64,000 bases of DNA. It comes from the human T2T-CHM13v2.0 reference genome, Homo sapiens. This document shows, piece by piece, positions 13,781 through 26,239 of the stretch (position 1 is the first letter of the stretch; every line of letters begins with the position of its first letter). The position numbers were made by a program, and so were the translations under genes. Where the stretch lies: the NCBI RefSeq assembly GCF_009914755.1, contig NC_060925.1, one strand, 5' to 3'. The notes beneath the pieces were generated by a model that saw only the letters and a list, made by a program, of their open reading frames with translations, searched no databases and was not told the DNA's origin.

Positions 13781-15214
13781 CACACAAATTACTTCATTTC
13801 ATCCAAAGTCAATAGTTTCCCAATAGGAGAAAACTTAAATCCCCATCCAGCTGCCGACTCCAGATGCCAGTGATTTTCAAGCCAAGTTGTCTGGTGAATG
13901 CTGATTCTTCCTCTTTAACATAGCTCACTGAGACTTCTTGAAATTTTGCAGCCTACATAATAAATAATGCACCCAATAATAACTACCCAATATATTAATT
14001 ATCCAAAGGTCATGAAAATAAAGGATATGAAGACTCTCTTAATGAGGGCTGGGGAAGCAACATGATACTGAGTCACCAGGACAGAGTGTCCTCTGGATTC
14101 TGTTGGATCACTCACTCTCATTGATATCTGTTTGTTCCTTGACCAGTCATTCAGGCCACCCTGGGTTCTACCCCCCTGGGAAAACTTCCTTTGGCCAGTG
14201 CAATCAGTGCCCAAACCAAGAGGAAAATTGAGGAGGATTTCATTATAGAAGACTATACCACCTGAGTAATTCATTTCTATTTGGATCATGAATGTGGACT
14301 AAGGGCAGCTTTAATGTTTGAACAAACAACCACAGGTCTCTGTTTACCAAGCTTGAACATTTCTTGCAGTACAATTGTTTTAAGTCCTTTGTCATCCATA
14401 CCTATTGATTGCATGGGGAGGGCACAGAAGACACATGGACTCAGTTTGCTGGCAGCCAATACCAGAAAAATTAGCAAAGTTTCATTTCTGAATTTGGATC
14501 TTACTTTTGTAGCGTCAGTTTCTCAGCATCAAATCTGAGGACTCTGTAAATCTCTCTAACTCTTAGCTTATTGGCCTCTGCCTCTAAGTTTGAAGAACAA
14601 AAGGCTGGAGTAGTGGGGCAAAGCTAATATTTCCTACCATGTGGCTGCTGTCTCCATTTCACTATTCATCTAAATGTGCATTTTCAACTTTTCCAGACAC
14701 AAGGATACAAGAGCAGAGTGCTGAAGCAATTTTGGAGCATCAGGTCTCCTTGATTCTTCTGAATCCTCCCAGACATCCAATATCCTAATCGATGCACTAA
14801 CAAATATTGAGGCTGTATTCTTAAGGCACTTGCTTATCTGATTCTACAGTTCAAATTGCCAACTACAGGCAGAAACAAATTAATTCTTTAAACAAAGCTG
14901 TAAACCTACCCAGCTATTCTCTATCTGCTATCAAATGAGCCAAAATCAATAACTTATTAGAAGTAGGAAATATTTTGACATTTTCTATCAGGTCACCTAA
15001 TGTTCCTATTTTATGAATAATGCTCTGAGTTCACAAAATGCAGAGTTTAGCAGACAACTGACAATTCTTTAACCAACTGATTTTCATACCACCTAACAAA
15101 GATGGCAAATATCCCAATTCCATATGGCAGCATCCTAACAACTCCCTATGGGGGGCTGTCAGTGGGAACGTTCCACTTCCAGCACCCATTTCTCTACTAG
15201 TCAAAACTCCTTTG

Positions 15215-16045
15215 ATGGGAAGTGACAAACACCCATCTGAAATAAGCTTAGGTAAAGGGATGACTTATTAGAAGGATATAGGAGACCATATATACCTGAA
15301 GGGGGAAAGCATAAGACCTCTGAGGGCAGTGACTCCCAGCTTAGTCCACTGCTCCATGCTTGATGCCTGGAATCCAGCCTGTTCAATGTTAAATGAATGA
15401 ATGACCAAACTGCAGTAAAGGCAGGGTTGCCACTTAGCCTTGATAATAGCCAAAACTAGCACTGAAAGCCTCAAGAAGACAGAGGAGATAAGACTTTATG
15501 ATAGATACCTTCTGGGTTGTCTCCCCAGCCCCTCTATTCTCAGAACTCCCCTGCTTCATCATATACATGATGTATGGGGATCAGACCTAAGAAGCCAAGT
15601 TCATACTCTGTGATCCTTCTGTGATCTGCACAGAGCTGGTTGTTACACCAGTGGGCACAAGATCCAAGTGTGGCCAATCACATCTGCTCTTGTAGAAATT
15701 TGTATTGGCTTAAGATTCAGTCTCTTCCCTGGTGGTTAAATTTGTTACATATAAATATAGATGATGACAAAGTCTATTTTTCAAAGACTTTGGAAAAAAG
15801 TCTGTTTTTTCAAAGATAGAGAAGTATGAAGCACACAGAACAGCAAACATTGGAGAGAAACAGATTGCCAAATGCATTTGAGATCTTGGTTTTAGGCCAC
15901 TGCAAGTCTCAGCTAAATTCCTGTATTTATAATAAGGGTGTCATGAGACACCCCTTATTCCTATAACAGTTTCCTCTCATTCTTACAAGTTAGCTTCAGT
16001 TCTTTTCTGATACTTTCAACCAACAAATACCTCCCACTAATAAAA
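15215..16045. mobile_element. Degraded MLT1 (MaLR) LTR fragments
   Basis: gaagtgacaaacacccatctgaaataagcttagg and aagttagcttcagttc...tactttcaaccaac...ctaata resemble old MLT1 termini. Confidence 0.4.
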
Positions 16046-16087
16046 ATATGAACACTAAGAATTCTGGAAGTAATAAGATTTGCCTGT

Positions 16088-16464
16088 TGTCTTAGGCTAA
16101 GACTAAGATAGTCTTAGCTTGACTGCCACTGGAACAAAATAGTTTAGACTGGGCAATTTATAAACAACAGAAATTGATTGCTCAGAGTTCTAGAGGATGG
16201 GAACTCCAAGATCAAGGTACCCGTCAGTTTGGTGTCTGGTGGGATCCCATTTCCTGGTTCATAGATGGCACCTTCTATGTGTTGTGACATGGCGGAAGGG
16301 GTGAGGAAGCCACTTCAGGCCTCTTTTATAAGAGCACTAATCCCTTTCATGAGGGCAGAGCCCTCATGACCTAATTAAGAGGCCCTACCTCTTACTGCCA
16401 TCACCACAGGGGTTAGGTTTTAACATATGGATTTTGGGGGGACACAAACATTCAGACCATAGCA
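16088..16464 (-). mobile_element. MLT1A0/MSTD-type solo LTR
   Basis: tgtcttag...ccaagatcaagg...gggacacaaacattcagaccatagca; perfect 5-bp TSD cctgt (16083-16087, 16465-16469). Confidence 0.85.
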
Positions 16465-16879
16465 CCTGTTCATTAGAAAATGGACAATAAATGCCACAGT
16501 CTTTACTGCACTCTCACTCCAGAGAAGTACAGCATATTAGAAGTGGTTTTGGCTACAGATAACAGAATGTCAACTAATAAAATCTTAAGAAACAGAGAAT
16601 TTAAGTATTGAATTTAGGAGTGGGGAGGCAGAGAGCTCCCAGATTTGATGCTAGCCCCAACAGAATTCCCAAGTATCCAGCCACCCTCAACTTACTGGTT
16701 TTCTATTTTTGTGCCTCTGGTCCTAGAGGGCCACCACAGATCTGGGCATCCTGATCAACATTCAGTGGCAAGCCTGGAGGGGCAATGCTTGCCTCCCATT
16801 GTATGGCAGGCCAGATATGTTCCTGGCCCATCAGAAGCCTCCTTCTGGATGCAGTCTATAAGCCACTGTGATGGATGAG

Positions 16880-17990
16880 AAGAGCCCAGGATGGAGGTGA
16901 AAGTCTGGAACTGGAATCTGAGCCCTTATTTTTCTGACTCACTGTTTTACCTTGGAAGAATCACTGAAGTTTTCTGCATCTCTGTTTCCTCATATGTTTA
17001 AAAAAGAAAGCACTTAACCTTGGTGGATGTGAAAAATAAATGAAATAATTTCTAGAAATGTGCCTAGTTCAATACATTGAAACCCACCTACATTAAAACC
17101 TTTCTCAAAGTCGTTTGAGCCTTTTCTTCTTTCTTCCTTTCTACATCCTAGTTCAAGGCCAGTTCAATAAAATCATGGGCTTTATATAGTCCTGGCTCTA
17201 ACATTTATTAGCTATCTGACTCATTCAAAAATACTTACTGGGCACCTACTACATGCCAGGCACTGTTCTGCCTGCTAAGGATACAGGAAAAAAAAAAAAA
17301 AAAAAAAGAAGGACACAGTTCTTGCTCTTTACAGCTTAAATTCTAGTTTGTTCATTTTAAAATAAGGATAAAATCACTTACATTCTATTGTTGCTATAAT
17401 GATTAAATAACAACATTTATGAGGAAGATTTATGAATAATAAATGCTCCCCAGTAAATGCTAATTCTCTTCCCTCCTTCTCTTTTCTAAACTTTGAAGGA
17501 TGCTGGGAAAAGTATTAGGTTGGATGTTAGGAACCTGGCATTCTAACCCTAGCCCCGCCATTAACTAGCTGTGTGATCTCAGGCAAATGTCTGAGCCTTT
17601 CTGGATCACAATCATTTCCTCCATAAAAGAATAATGTTGTACTAAATAATTTGTAAGAGACCATTTGTTAGGATGGGATTCAGTACTTCTCAAAATTAGT
17701 CATTAATCTTGATACACTGTGGAAGAGTAGGTATATTAGACTGTGTTGTGATTCAAAAACAAATTTATAGCTAGCATTCTTCAAGGGCTTACTAGGTCCA
17801 AGCTGTCCAAATCCTTAAAGCTTTTTGCTTTAATCTCACAACAACTTCATGGGGCAGGCATTCCTACCTTCATTTTATATGAGCAAACTAAACCTCAGAG
17901 AAGTGAATTTGACAAAGTCACCCAGCAAGTCAGAGGCAAAAGTGGTATTGACACCGACGTCTGACTCAAAAAGCCATTCTCTCTGCCCTC
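16880..17990. mobile_element. Cluster of MIR fragments with an antisense L2 piece (17221-17350)
   Basis: Several MIR cores; tcattcaaaaatacttactgggcacctactacatgccaggcactg is the L2 tail reversed. Confidence 0.6.
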
Positions 17991-18619
17991 CACTGTTACT
18001 GGATAGTTGTCAGAGCTTGTCCTAAGACCAATCGAACATACTTAGTGGCTCCATAAATTAATCAGTATGTCATGTGGGCAAAGAGTGACTCCTGCATGGT
18101 TCATCCACGGGAGACACAGAACATAAGCCTGGCTCCATTCTGTTCTCCGGCTCCTATTCTTGGCTTCCCCACAGCTGCCTCTCCCTACAGCCATTTCTGT
18201 GGATGAGTCCACGTGATTGATGGGAAACCAAACATTATTGTTCAGGAATGATGTTTTTTCAAATTGGACAGCTGCTGCTTGTTTGGCTGGGAGTTTGGCA
18301 AGTGTTTAAGTATTTCACTTTGTCATGGTGGTCAGACCTAGAGGAAATAATTAGGTGGTCATGGCAACCAGCATCCCAGGCACACCACAGTGACGCCCAG
18401 GAGGAAGCATTGAATGGAGAGTCCAGACATTGACTCTGCCCTGAGTACTCTGGCCTCAGGTTCCTCAGCAGGGCTGCCCCTTTAGGTCTAAAATCTCTCA
18501 ATAGGAGAATGAAATACCTAATTCTATCCTGAAAGATATAGGTCTTAAGGGACATGAAGACCAAAACTCACACTAAGCTGTTAAAGACTAAGGAGTGGGG
18601 ACAGAAAAAAAATCTCAAG

Positions 18620-18810
18620 TGAAACATCTGCTATGTGCCTGGAGCTGTGCTGCGTGCTTTATACTATTGTCTCAGTTAATCCTCACAACAGTCTCCTTTG
18701 GACAGAGGAAGAAACGGAGGCTCGGAGAGGTGAAATGAATTGCCTACGATCACATAGCTAGATAGTAAAGGAATTAGGATGTGAACATTGGTCTAGCTGA
18801 TCCTGAAGGC
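18620..18810 (-). mobile_element. MIR
   Basis: ttaatcctcacaac...gaaacggaggctcggagaggtgaaatgaattgcc. Confidence 0.8.
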
Positions 18811-19919
18811 TTGCTACAACACCTACACTAAGTGCCATTAGGACCTTTCCCAGAAGCACCTGCTGCTTGAGGTATAGAAAGGGGCTGGGTGGAAGACACT
18901 AAAGTGTCCAAAAGATGATGTCATTATTTGATGTCCCCTCCTCTACACTGCCCACCTTGGTGGGAATCTGGCTTCTGGTGTAGCTCCTAAATCATTCTTG
19001 CCTAGGCTATACCTCTCTTCTTCACCTCAGTTATTTCAAACCCACGGTCTCTCTACAGTATTTCTGAAGTGTCCTAGGCAGTACATTGAAATTGGGTCTG
19101 AGCCCAACTCTTTCTTTCTTTGCCTTATTGGAAAGATGACAGAATCTGCCTGATGTTCTCCAATTCCTGGATTATATATCTTACCTCTGACTCAGAAGAT
19201 GAATTGATTGTTACCTTATAGATCTTTGAAAATTACTGTGCCTCATGGGCAGGTTCAGAAAAATCCCAATCATCAGTGATTTTTCTCCCTTTTCTGAATT
19301 CCTGCAATTTATTTAGAGTCTCATAAGATTATCCTTTACGGGGTGAGGGCAGCTCATCTGCCACTTCATGCCCAGTAAGCTCTACACCCCCAAACATCTG
19401 AGGTTCCCTAATAGAGGAATCAGAGCACCTGCCCTTGACTCCCGTTTCCACCACTAACTCATGGTATTACCTTTGAAAAGCCAATGGACATGTGTGAAAT
19501 AAAATTCTGTCAAACTACTGAAGATGTCTTTCAATTCTAATATTTGGTAATTCAAGTCTTCCTTCTAGTAAGCAAAATTTCAAATTCTATTTGAAAATTA
19601 AGATTATTCAACCCATTCCTCACTTCAGAATGAAGAGTATCACCTCTGAGATTGATACAAATTCACAGACTTTTGCCCCAAGGTTTTGATTTTTCTAGCT
19701 CACATTTTTTTCTCTGTGTTCTGCAGAGGTAATTTACAGATTTCTAGAGAGCTGTCTTTCTGCCTCCTGATGAATAGGATACTAGATGAAGGGCAAATAA
19801 AAATGGTGATGGTGCCAGTGAAGAAAGTAAACGAGTTAAATGATACCTTTAAGGAACTGAAGACAAGGGTTGCCTGAGTCATGCTGCCCTTGCTATTACT
19901 ATATTTCACTGTGTTTTGG

Positions 19920-20110
19920 CTGCATTGGATGACAGTGTCATAGGAAGGGCATAGCCTTTGGATCTGGCTCTGTCTCTTCAGTAGCTGCATAATCTTAGAC
20001 AAGTTACCCAGCACTTCCAAGCCTCAGTATCCTTTTCTGTTAAATGTGAACACTGGTATCTTGATGGTTGTTGTGAGGATCAGGGATTAGATAAATACAG
20101 TGCAAAAGCA
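19920..20110 (+). mobile_element. MIR (tail resumes at ~24000-24040)
   Basis: gacaagttacccagcacttccaagcctcagtatcc...ggttgttgtgaggat. Confidence 0.7.
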
Positions 20111-20210
20111 TTGAATCTTAAGAGATATCTACTGATGTATTTACAGGTGAATTGACATGATGTTTGGGATTTGCTTCAAAGTAATTGGTGGAGATAGACA
20201 ATTGATTTTC

Positions 20211-22024
20211 CTTCTGTTTTGTTTTGTTTTTTTAATTTAACTTCTTTTTTAACTTCAGAGGTACATGTACAGATGTGTTACACAGAAACGTGTGTCATGG
20301 GGGTTTGTTGTACAGATTATTTCATCACCCAGGTATTAAGCCAAGTACTACTAGTTATTTCTCCTGATCCTTTCCTTCCTCCCACCCTCTACCCTCCGAT
20401 AGGCTCTAGTGTATATTGTTCCCCTCTATGTGTCCATGTGTTCTTATCTTTAGCTCCACTTATAAGTGAGAACATGTAGCATTTGGTTTTCTGTTCAAAT
20501 TTTAATTTGCTAAGGATAATGGCCTCCAGCTCCATCCATGTTCCTGCAAAGGACATGATCTCATTCTTTTTTATGGCTGCATAGTATTCCATGGTGTATA
20601 TGTACTACATTTTCTTTATCCAATCTGTCATTGATGGTCATTTAGGTTGATTCCATGTATTTGCTATTGTGAATAGTGCTGCAATGAACATACGAATGCA
20701 TGTTTCTTTAAAATAAAAAATGTATATTCCTTGGGGCGTATACCCAGTAATGGGATTGCTGGGTCCAATGGTATTTCTGTTTTCAGGTTTTTGAGGAATT
20801 GCCACACTGTCTTTCACAATGGTAGAACTAATTGACACTCCCACCAACAGTATATAAGCATTCCTTTTTCTCTGCAACTTGCCAGCATCTGTTATTTTTT
20901 GACTTTTAAGTAAAAGCCATTCTGATTGGTGTGAGGTGATATCTCACTGTGGTTTGGATTTGCATTTCTCTAATGATCAGTGATGTTGAGCATTTTTTCA
21001 TATGATTGTTGCCTGCGTGTGTGTCTTCTTTTGAAAAGCGTCTGTTCATGTCCTTTGCTCACTTTTTAATGAAGTTGTTTGGGTTTTTTCTTGTAAATTT
21101 TTTTAAGTTCCTTATAGATGCTGGGTGATTAGACCTTTGTCAGATACATAGTTTGAAAAAGTTTTTTCCCATTCTGTAGGTTGTCTGCTCATTCTGTTAA
21201 TAGTTTCTTTTGTTGTGCAGAAGCTCTTTAGTTTAATTAGATCCCATTTTTCATTTTTTGCTTTTGAACACAATCCCATTCACAATTGCCACAAAAAGAA
21301 TAAAATACCTAGGAATACAGCTAACCAAGGAGGTGAAAGATCTCTACAAGGAGAACTACAAAACACTGCTCAAAGAAATCAGAGATGAAATAAACAAATG
21401 GAAAATCATTCCATGTTCATGGATAGGAAGAATCAATATCGTTAAAATGGCCATGCTGCCCAAAGCAATTTATAGATTCAATATTATCCCTATTGAACTA
21501 CTATTGGCATTCTTCACACAACAAAAAAAACCCTATTTTAAAATTCATATGGAACCAAAAAAGAGCTTGAATAGCCAGGGCAATTCTAAGCAAAAATAAC
21601 AAATCTGGAGGCATCACACTACCTAACTTCAAACTATGCTACAGGGCCACAGTAACCAAAACAGCATGGCACTAGTACAGTAACAGACACATAGACCAAT
21701 GGAACTGAATAGAGAATCCAGAAGTAAGGCTGCACACCTGCAACTATCTGATCTTCAACTAACCTGACAAAAACAAGCAATGGGGAAAGGATTCCCTGTT
21801 CAGTAAATGGTACTGGGATAACTGGCTAGCCATATGCAGAATATTAAAACTGGATCCCTTCCTTACACCATATACAAAAATTAACTCAAGATGAATTACA
21901 AACTTAAATGTAAAACCCAAATCTATTAAACCTCTGGAAAAAAAAAACCTAGGCAATACCATTCTGGGCATAGGAACAGGAAAAGATTTCATGAGGAAGA
22001 TGCCAAAAGGAATTGCAGCAAAAG
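20211..22024 (-). mobile_element. L1PA13-16/L1PB-like insertion with 5' inversion (3' part 20211-21266 on minus; inverted ORF2 part 21267-22024 on plus)
   Basis: T-rich tail, antisense 3'UTR and ORF2 end, then a sense ORF2 segment ([16 protein letters not shown]...); the segments are contiguous in L1 at caaaag; TSD caattgattttc / caattgagttttc. Confidence 0.88.
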
Positions 22025-22025
22025 T

Positions 22026-23815
22026 CAATTGAGTTTTCAATAAGAGAGTCAAGAAAATTCAATCATTTAAAATAATATTCTTTTCAACAGATGGTGCTGG
22101 GACAACCGGATGTGCCCATTCAAAAGAATGAGGTGGGACCCTTACCTCATACCATGTACAAAAATTAACTCAAAATTCATCAAGAACTAAATGTAAGAGC
22201 TAAAACTATAAAACTTTTCTTAAAAATCAAAGGCATAAATATTTGTGATTTTGTATTAGGCAAGTATGTGTTAGATATGACACTACAAATGAGAGCAACA
22301 AAAGAAAAAACAGATAACTTGGAATTCTTCAGAATTAAAAACTTTTGTGCTTCAAAGAACACCATCAAGAAAGAGAAAAGACAACCCATAGAATTGAGAA
22401 AATATTTACAAGTTATGTATCTGATAAGGGACTTGTATCTGGAATATATAAAGAACTTATACATCTCAATAATAAGACAACCAATATAAAAAATGTGCAA
22501 ATTATCTAAATAAATATTTCTGCCAAAAATATATACAAATGGCCGATAAGCATAACACAAGATGCTCAGCATCCTTAGCTACCAGGGAAATGCAAACAAA
22601 AATCACAAGGTGATGCCACTTCACAACCACTAGGATAGCTATAATTAAAAATACAGATAATAACAAGTTTTGGAGAGAATGCAGAGAAACCAGAACACAT
22701 ATACACTGCTAGTTGGAATGTAAAATGGTGCAACCACTGTGGAAACCAGTCTAGTAGTTCCTCAAAAGATTAAACAGATATACTATATAGTGCAGAAAAT
22801 TCTCTCCTAGGTATATACCCAAGATAAACGAAATATACCCACTTGTATATGAATGTTCATAGCAGCCTTCATCATAGCCAAAAAGTGCAAACAACCCAAA
22901 TGTTCATCAACTGATAAATGGACAAATAAAATGTGTTTATCTGTACAATGGAGTATTATTCAGCAATAAAAAAATGAAGTAGATATATGCTACAACTTCA
23001 AAAACATTATGCTAATTGAAAGAAGCTAGTCATATATGCACATGTATGTTTATTGCAGCACTATTTACAATAGCAAAGACTTGAAACCAACCCAAATGAC
23101 CATCAATGATAGACTGGATAAAGAAAATGTGGCACATATACATCATGGAATACTATGCAGTCATAAAAAAGAAGGAGTTCATTTCCTTTGCAGGGACATG
23201 GAGGAAGCTAGAAACCATCATCCTCAGCAAACTAACAAAGGAACAGAAAACCGAACATTACATGTTCTTACTCATTAAGTGGGAGTTGAACAATGGGAAC
23301 ACATGGACACAGGGAGAGGAACATCACACACTGGGGCCTGTTAGGGGGTGAGGGGAAAGGGGAGGGAGAGCATCAGGACAAATACCTAATGCATGCAGGG
23401 CTTAAAACCTAGGTGATAGGTTGATAGATGCAGCAAACTACCATGGCCCATGTACACCTATGTAACAAATCTGCACATTCATCACATGTATCCCAGAACT
23501 TAAAGTAAAATTAAAAAAAAAAAGAAAGAAGCCAGTCATAAAAGACCACATATTATATGATTCTATTTATGTAAAATGTCCATAATGAGCAAATCTATAG
23601 AAACAAAATAGCTTACTGGTTGCTTAATACTAGGGGGAGGGAACTGTCATGGGGGTAATAGAGGATACAGGATTTCTTCTGGGGAAAATGTATGCTCTAA
23701 AATTACAGTGATGGTTGCACAACTCTGTGAATATACTAAACACCATTGAATTGTACATTTTAAATAAATAAATTGTATATTATGTGAATTATGTCTCAGA
23801 AAAGCTGTTCTTAAA
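22026..23815 (+). mobile_element. L1MB-type ORF2 end and 3'UTR (host of younger L1s)
   Basis: ttttcaacagatggtgctgggacaac...; 3'UTR gatggttgcacaactctgtgaatatactaaacaccattgaattgtac. Confidence 0.85.
23035..23523 (+). mobile_element. 5'-truncated L1PA7-10 3' end
   Basis: WIKKMWHIY...EYYAVIKK ORF2 C-terminus, primate 3'UTR, poly(A); 17-bp TSD gaaagaagctagtcata / gaaagaagccagtcata. Confidence 0.92.
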
Positions 23816-23992
23816 ATAACCTGGGTAAGGGTGAGACAGGGGAGTGTAGGTGAGCAAATAAAGGAAACAAGATTGACTAGGATTTCACCATGCTGAAGCT
23901 TGTTAATAGTAAATGCAGGTTCATGATACCATTCTCTCTACTTCTGTGCATGTTTGAAATTGCCTGTAATAAAAATAAATATAAATAAAAAA
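23816..23992 (+). mobile_element. L1ME-type 3' end (its 5' part at ~20120-20195)
   Basis: gaaacaagattg...ttctctctacttctgtgcatgtttgaaatt...taataaaa. Confidence 0.6.
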
Positions 23993-24639
23993 CAGAAGAC
24001 CATATTAGACTATCAATAAATGGCACTGTTATTGTTACATCACAGAGCCAAGCACCAAATTTAAGAACTCAGGCACATACCCCTGAATAACCTATCATAC
24101 AATTCCCAGTTTTCCTTTAACTTGCCTAAAGTCTCTTTGCAGGATTTGGCACTTTTCTTTCCATCCTGGCTCCAGAGGGACAGAGAACAACTGGTCATAG
24201 ACATAGAAATATTTCATAACCCTGACTCAGCCCCTTCTTTATCTCTCTGTGGCCAGTCAGCCACCCACTCTTGCCAATTTTCCTTCCAAAAGACCGTTGT
24301 TTACCCATCCTTCATACCCACTGCCACTTCTAAACCAAGCCCTTTGCAAATTCCACCAAGGTCACAGCAACAGCTGGTCTTCTCCACAGCCTCACATAGA
24401 CTCCCAGTCCCACATCCAGTGCCCACCTCTCCTGCATACCACCAGCAGACTCTTTGCATGTGTGCCTGTATGTGTTCCTCTCCCCTACTCAAACATTTAC
24501 AGGCTCTGTATTTCTTATGGGTTTCCATCATCTGATCTCATCCTATGAATCCAAACATTTTTCACCATTTCATAATTTGTACCCATTGCTCTGACTAGCA
24601 GTTCCACCCTCTGTGTTCATTCAAGTAACCACGTGCTTC

Positions 24640-25100
24640 AGGTAAGGTGAATCTTGTTTAGTCTTATTGAACTATGTTATTCCATTTTTCTTCCCAATGA
24701 TTGGTTTGGGAATGAGCATTGGATGGAATTCTGGAGAGTAATGCATGAGAGGGGGAAACTCTTCTCTCTGGACAGTAATGCATGAGTTGGGGAAAACCAC
24801 TTCTTAGGAAAAAAAAATATTGCTCCTAAGAAAATATGGAAGAAGAGACAGAGCCTTTCCCCCTGCCCCCCACCTTCAGACCTTTTGGCATTGAGGAACA
24901 AAATACGATGCGTGGAACTGCTGCAGTCCTCCTGTGACCATGAAGACAAAGCCAAGAGAATGAGAGTGATGTTGTTGATCTGGAGTCACAAGTCACTGAA
25001 CTGCTGAATTAAACCAGTCCTGGAACTGAGCTACCTCTGCCCATCTTGCTAAATGAAATAATAGCTGTCTTTATTATACAAGGCAATTTTACTTCAAATT
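24640..25100 (+). mobile_element. Degraded MLT1-type LTR
   Basis: ctgctgcagtcctcctgtgaccatgaagac...aaccagtcctggaactgagctacctctg. Confidence 0.45.
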
Positions 25101-25235
25101 CTAAAACTTCTGTGAGCCCTCACATTCCATAGTCCTGTAACTTTGGTTTAGGAGTCAGTCAGGCTCTGATTTCCAAGCCTCACTCTGCCCCTCATTAGCG
25201 CTGTGAACTTGGCAAATTACTCACCTTTAATAGTC

Positions 25236-25417
25236 CAGAGCGTCTCAAACTTTGGCTTGCATCAGAGTCACCAGGGGGGCTTATTATAACATAGATTTCT
25301 GAACACCACCCCTAGAGATTCTTATTCAATAAGTTTGTGGTGGAGCGGGAGAATTTGCTTTCTGACAAATTCCCAGGCAATACTGTTGCTCAGAGGACCA
25401 CACTTTGAGTAACATTG
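25236..25417 (+). mobile_element. MER5A inserted in a MIR (25140-25570)
   Basis: cagagcgtctcaaacttt...gaggaccacactttgagtaacattg with MIR halves on both sides. Confidence 0.8.
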
Positions 25418-26239
25418 TCCTGCACTTAAGTTTCCCCATCCATAACATGAACGTGAGAGGTATTCTGTAGCAGGTTTTATGAGGATCAAATGTGATAAAA
25501 CAGGTACAGTGCTTGGCACAGTGTCTGTCACAGAATTATGGCTCAGAGATGGTAGCTATTATTATTAACTTGGGAAAATGTTCATCTTGAAGTTGAGGGC
25601 TTGGTTTCTGCAAATTCTAGGTACAGACTCATTTTTCTGGTGTTCTGGGGCCCTGTGTAGCAGCCTTTCCCAGACAAAAGAGCCAAAAGAAACCTGTTGA
25701 CTGGGAATATTAACTAGGTGGCTGTGGGAGAATGACATGAGTGATTTGCTGGGATTATTGAAAATCATCCGAAATACTGCTGGTTGAGAAGCAGACGGGA
25801 GGAAAAATGGCCTTCACTTATCAGCCCTCCATTAAAATGTTTTGTAGTGTGTCTCAGCATTATCCAAATGATTAAAGAGGTGAGACCTTGAAAGGGGGTG
25901 GGGGTGGGAACAAGACTGGCCAGCTTTAAAAATGAGGAGGCAATAAAAGATTAGTTATTAAATAAATGAAGTTCAGGAAATGATCCAATGTCTTGGGAGT
26001 GTTCAATCACAGGAGATGGGAGGCTTCTAACCTTGTAGAGTCAAAGAAAATTCACAGAGAAGCACATTACCTGGGGCATGCCGTTCTGTTGTAGTTTCTC
26101 AGGATAAGGACAAATTTAAAAGTCTGAGAAACACGAACTTTATCATTTTTTATGAATTCTTCTTTTCTCTAAAACGCCTGATATATCTTACCTTTAAAAA
26201 AATTTCCCAGCAGTAATGTTTCTATTGCTGTAGTCATTG

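Noticed and set aside
21258-23351. ORFs with RT and ORF2 C-terminal similarity
   Set aside because: Short fragments of decayed L1 ORF2 with stops and frameshifts; not functional genes.
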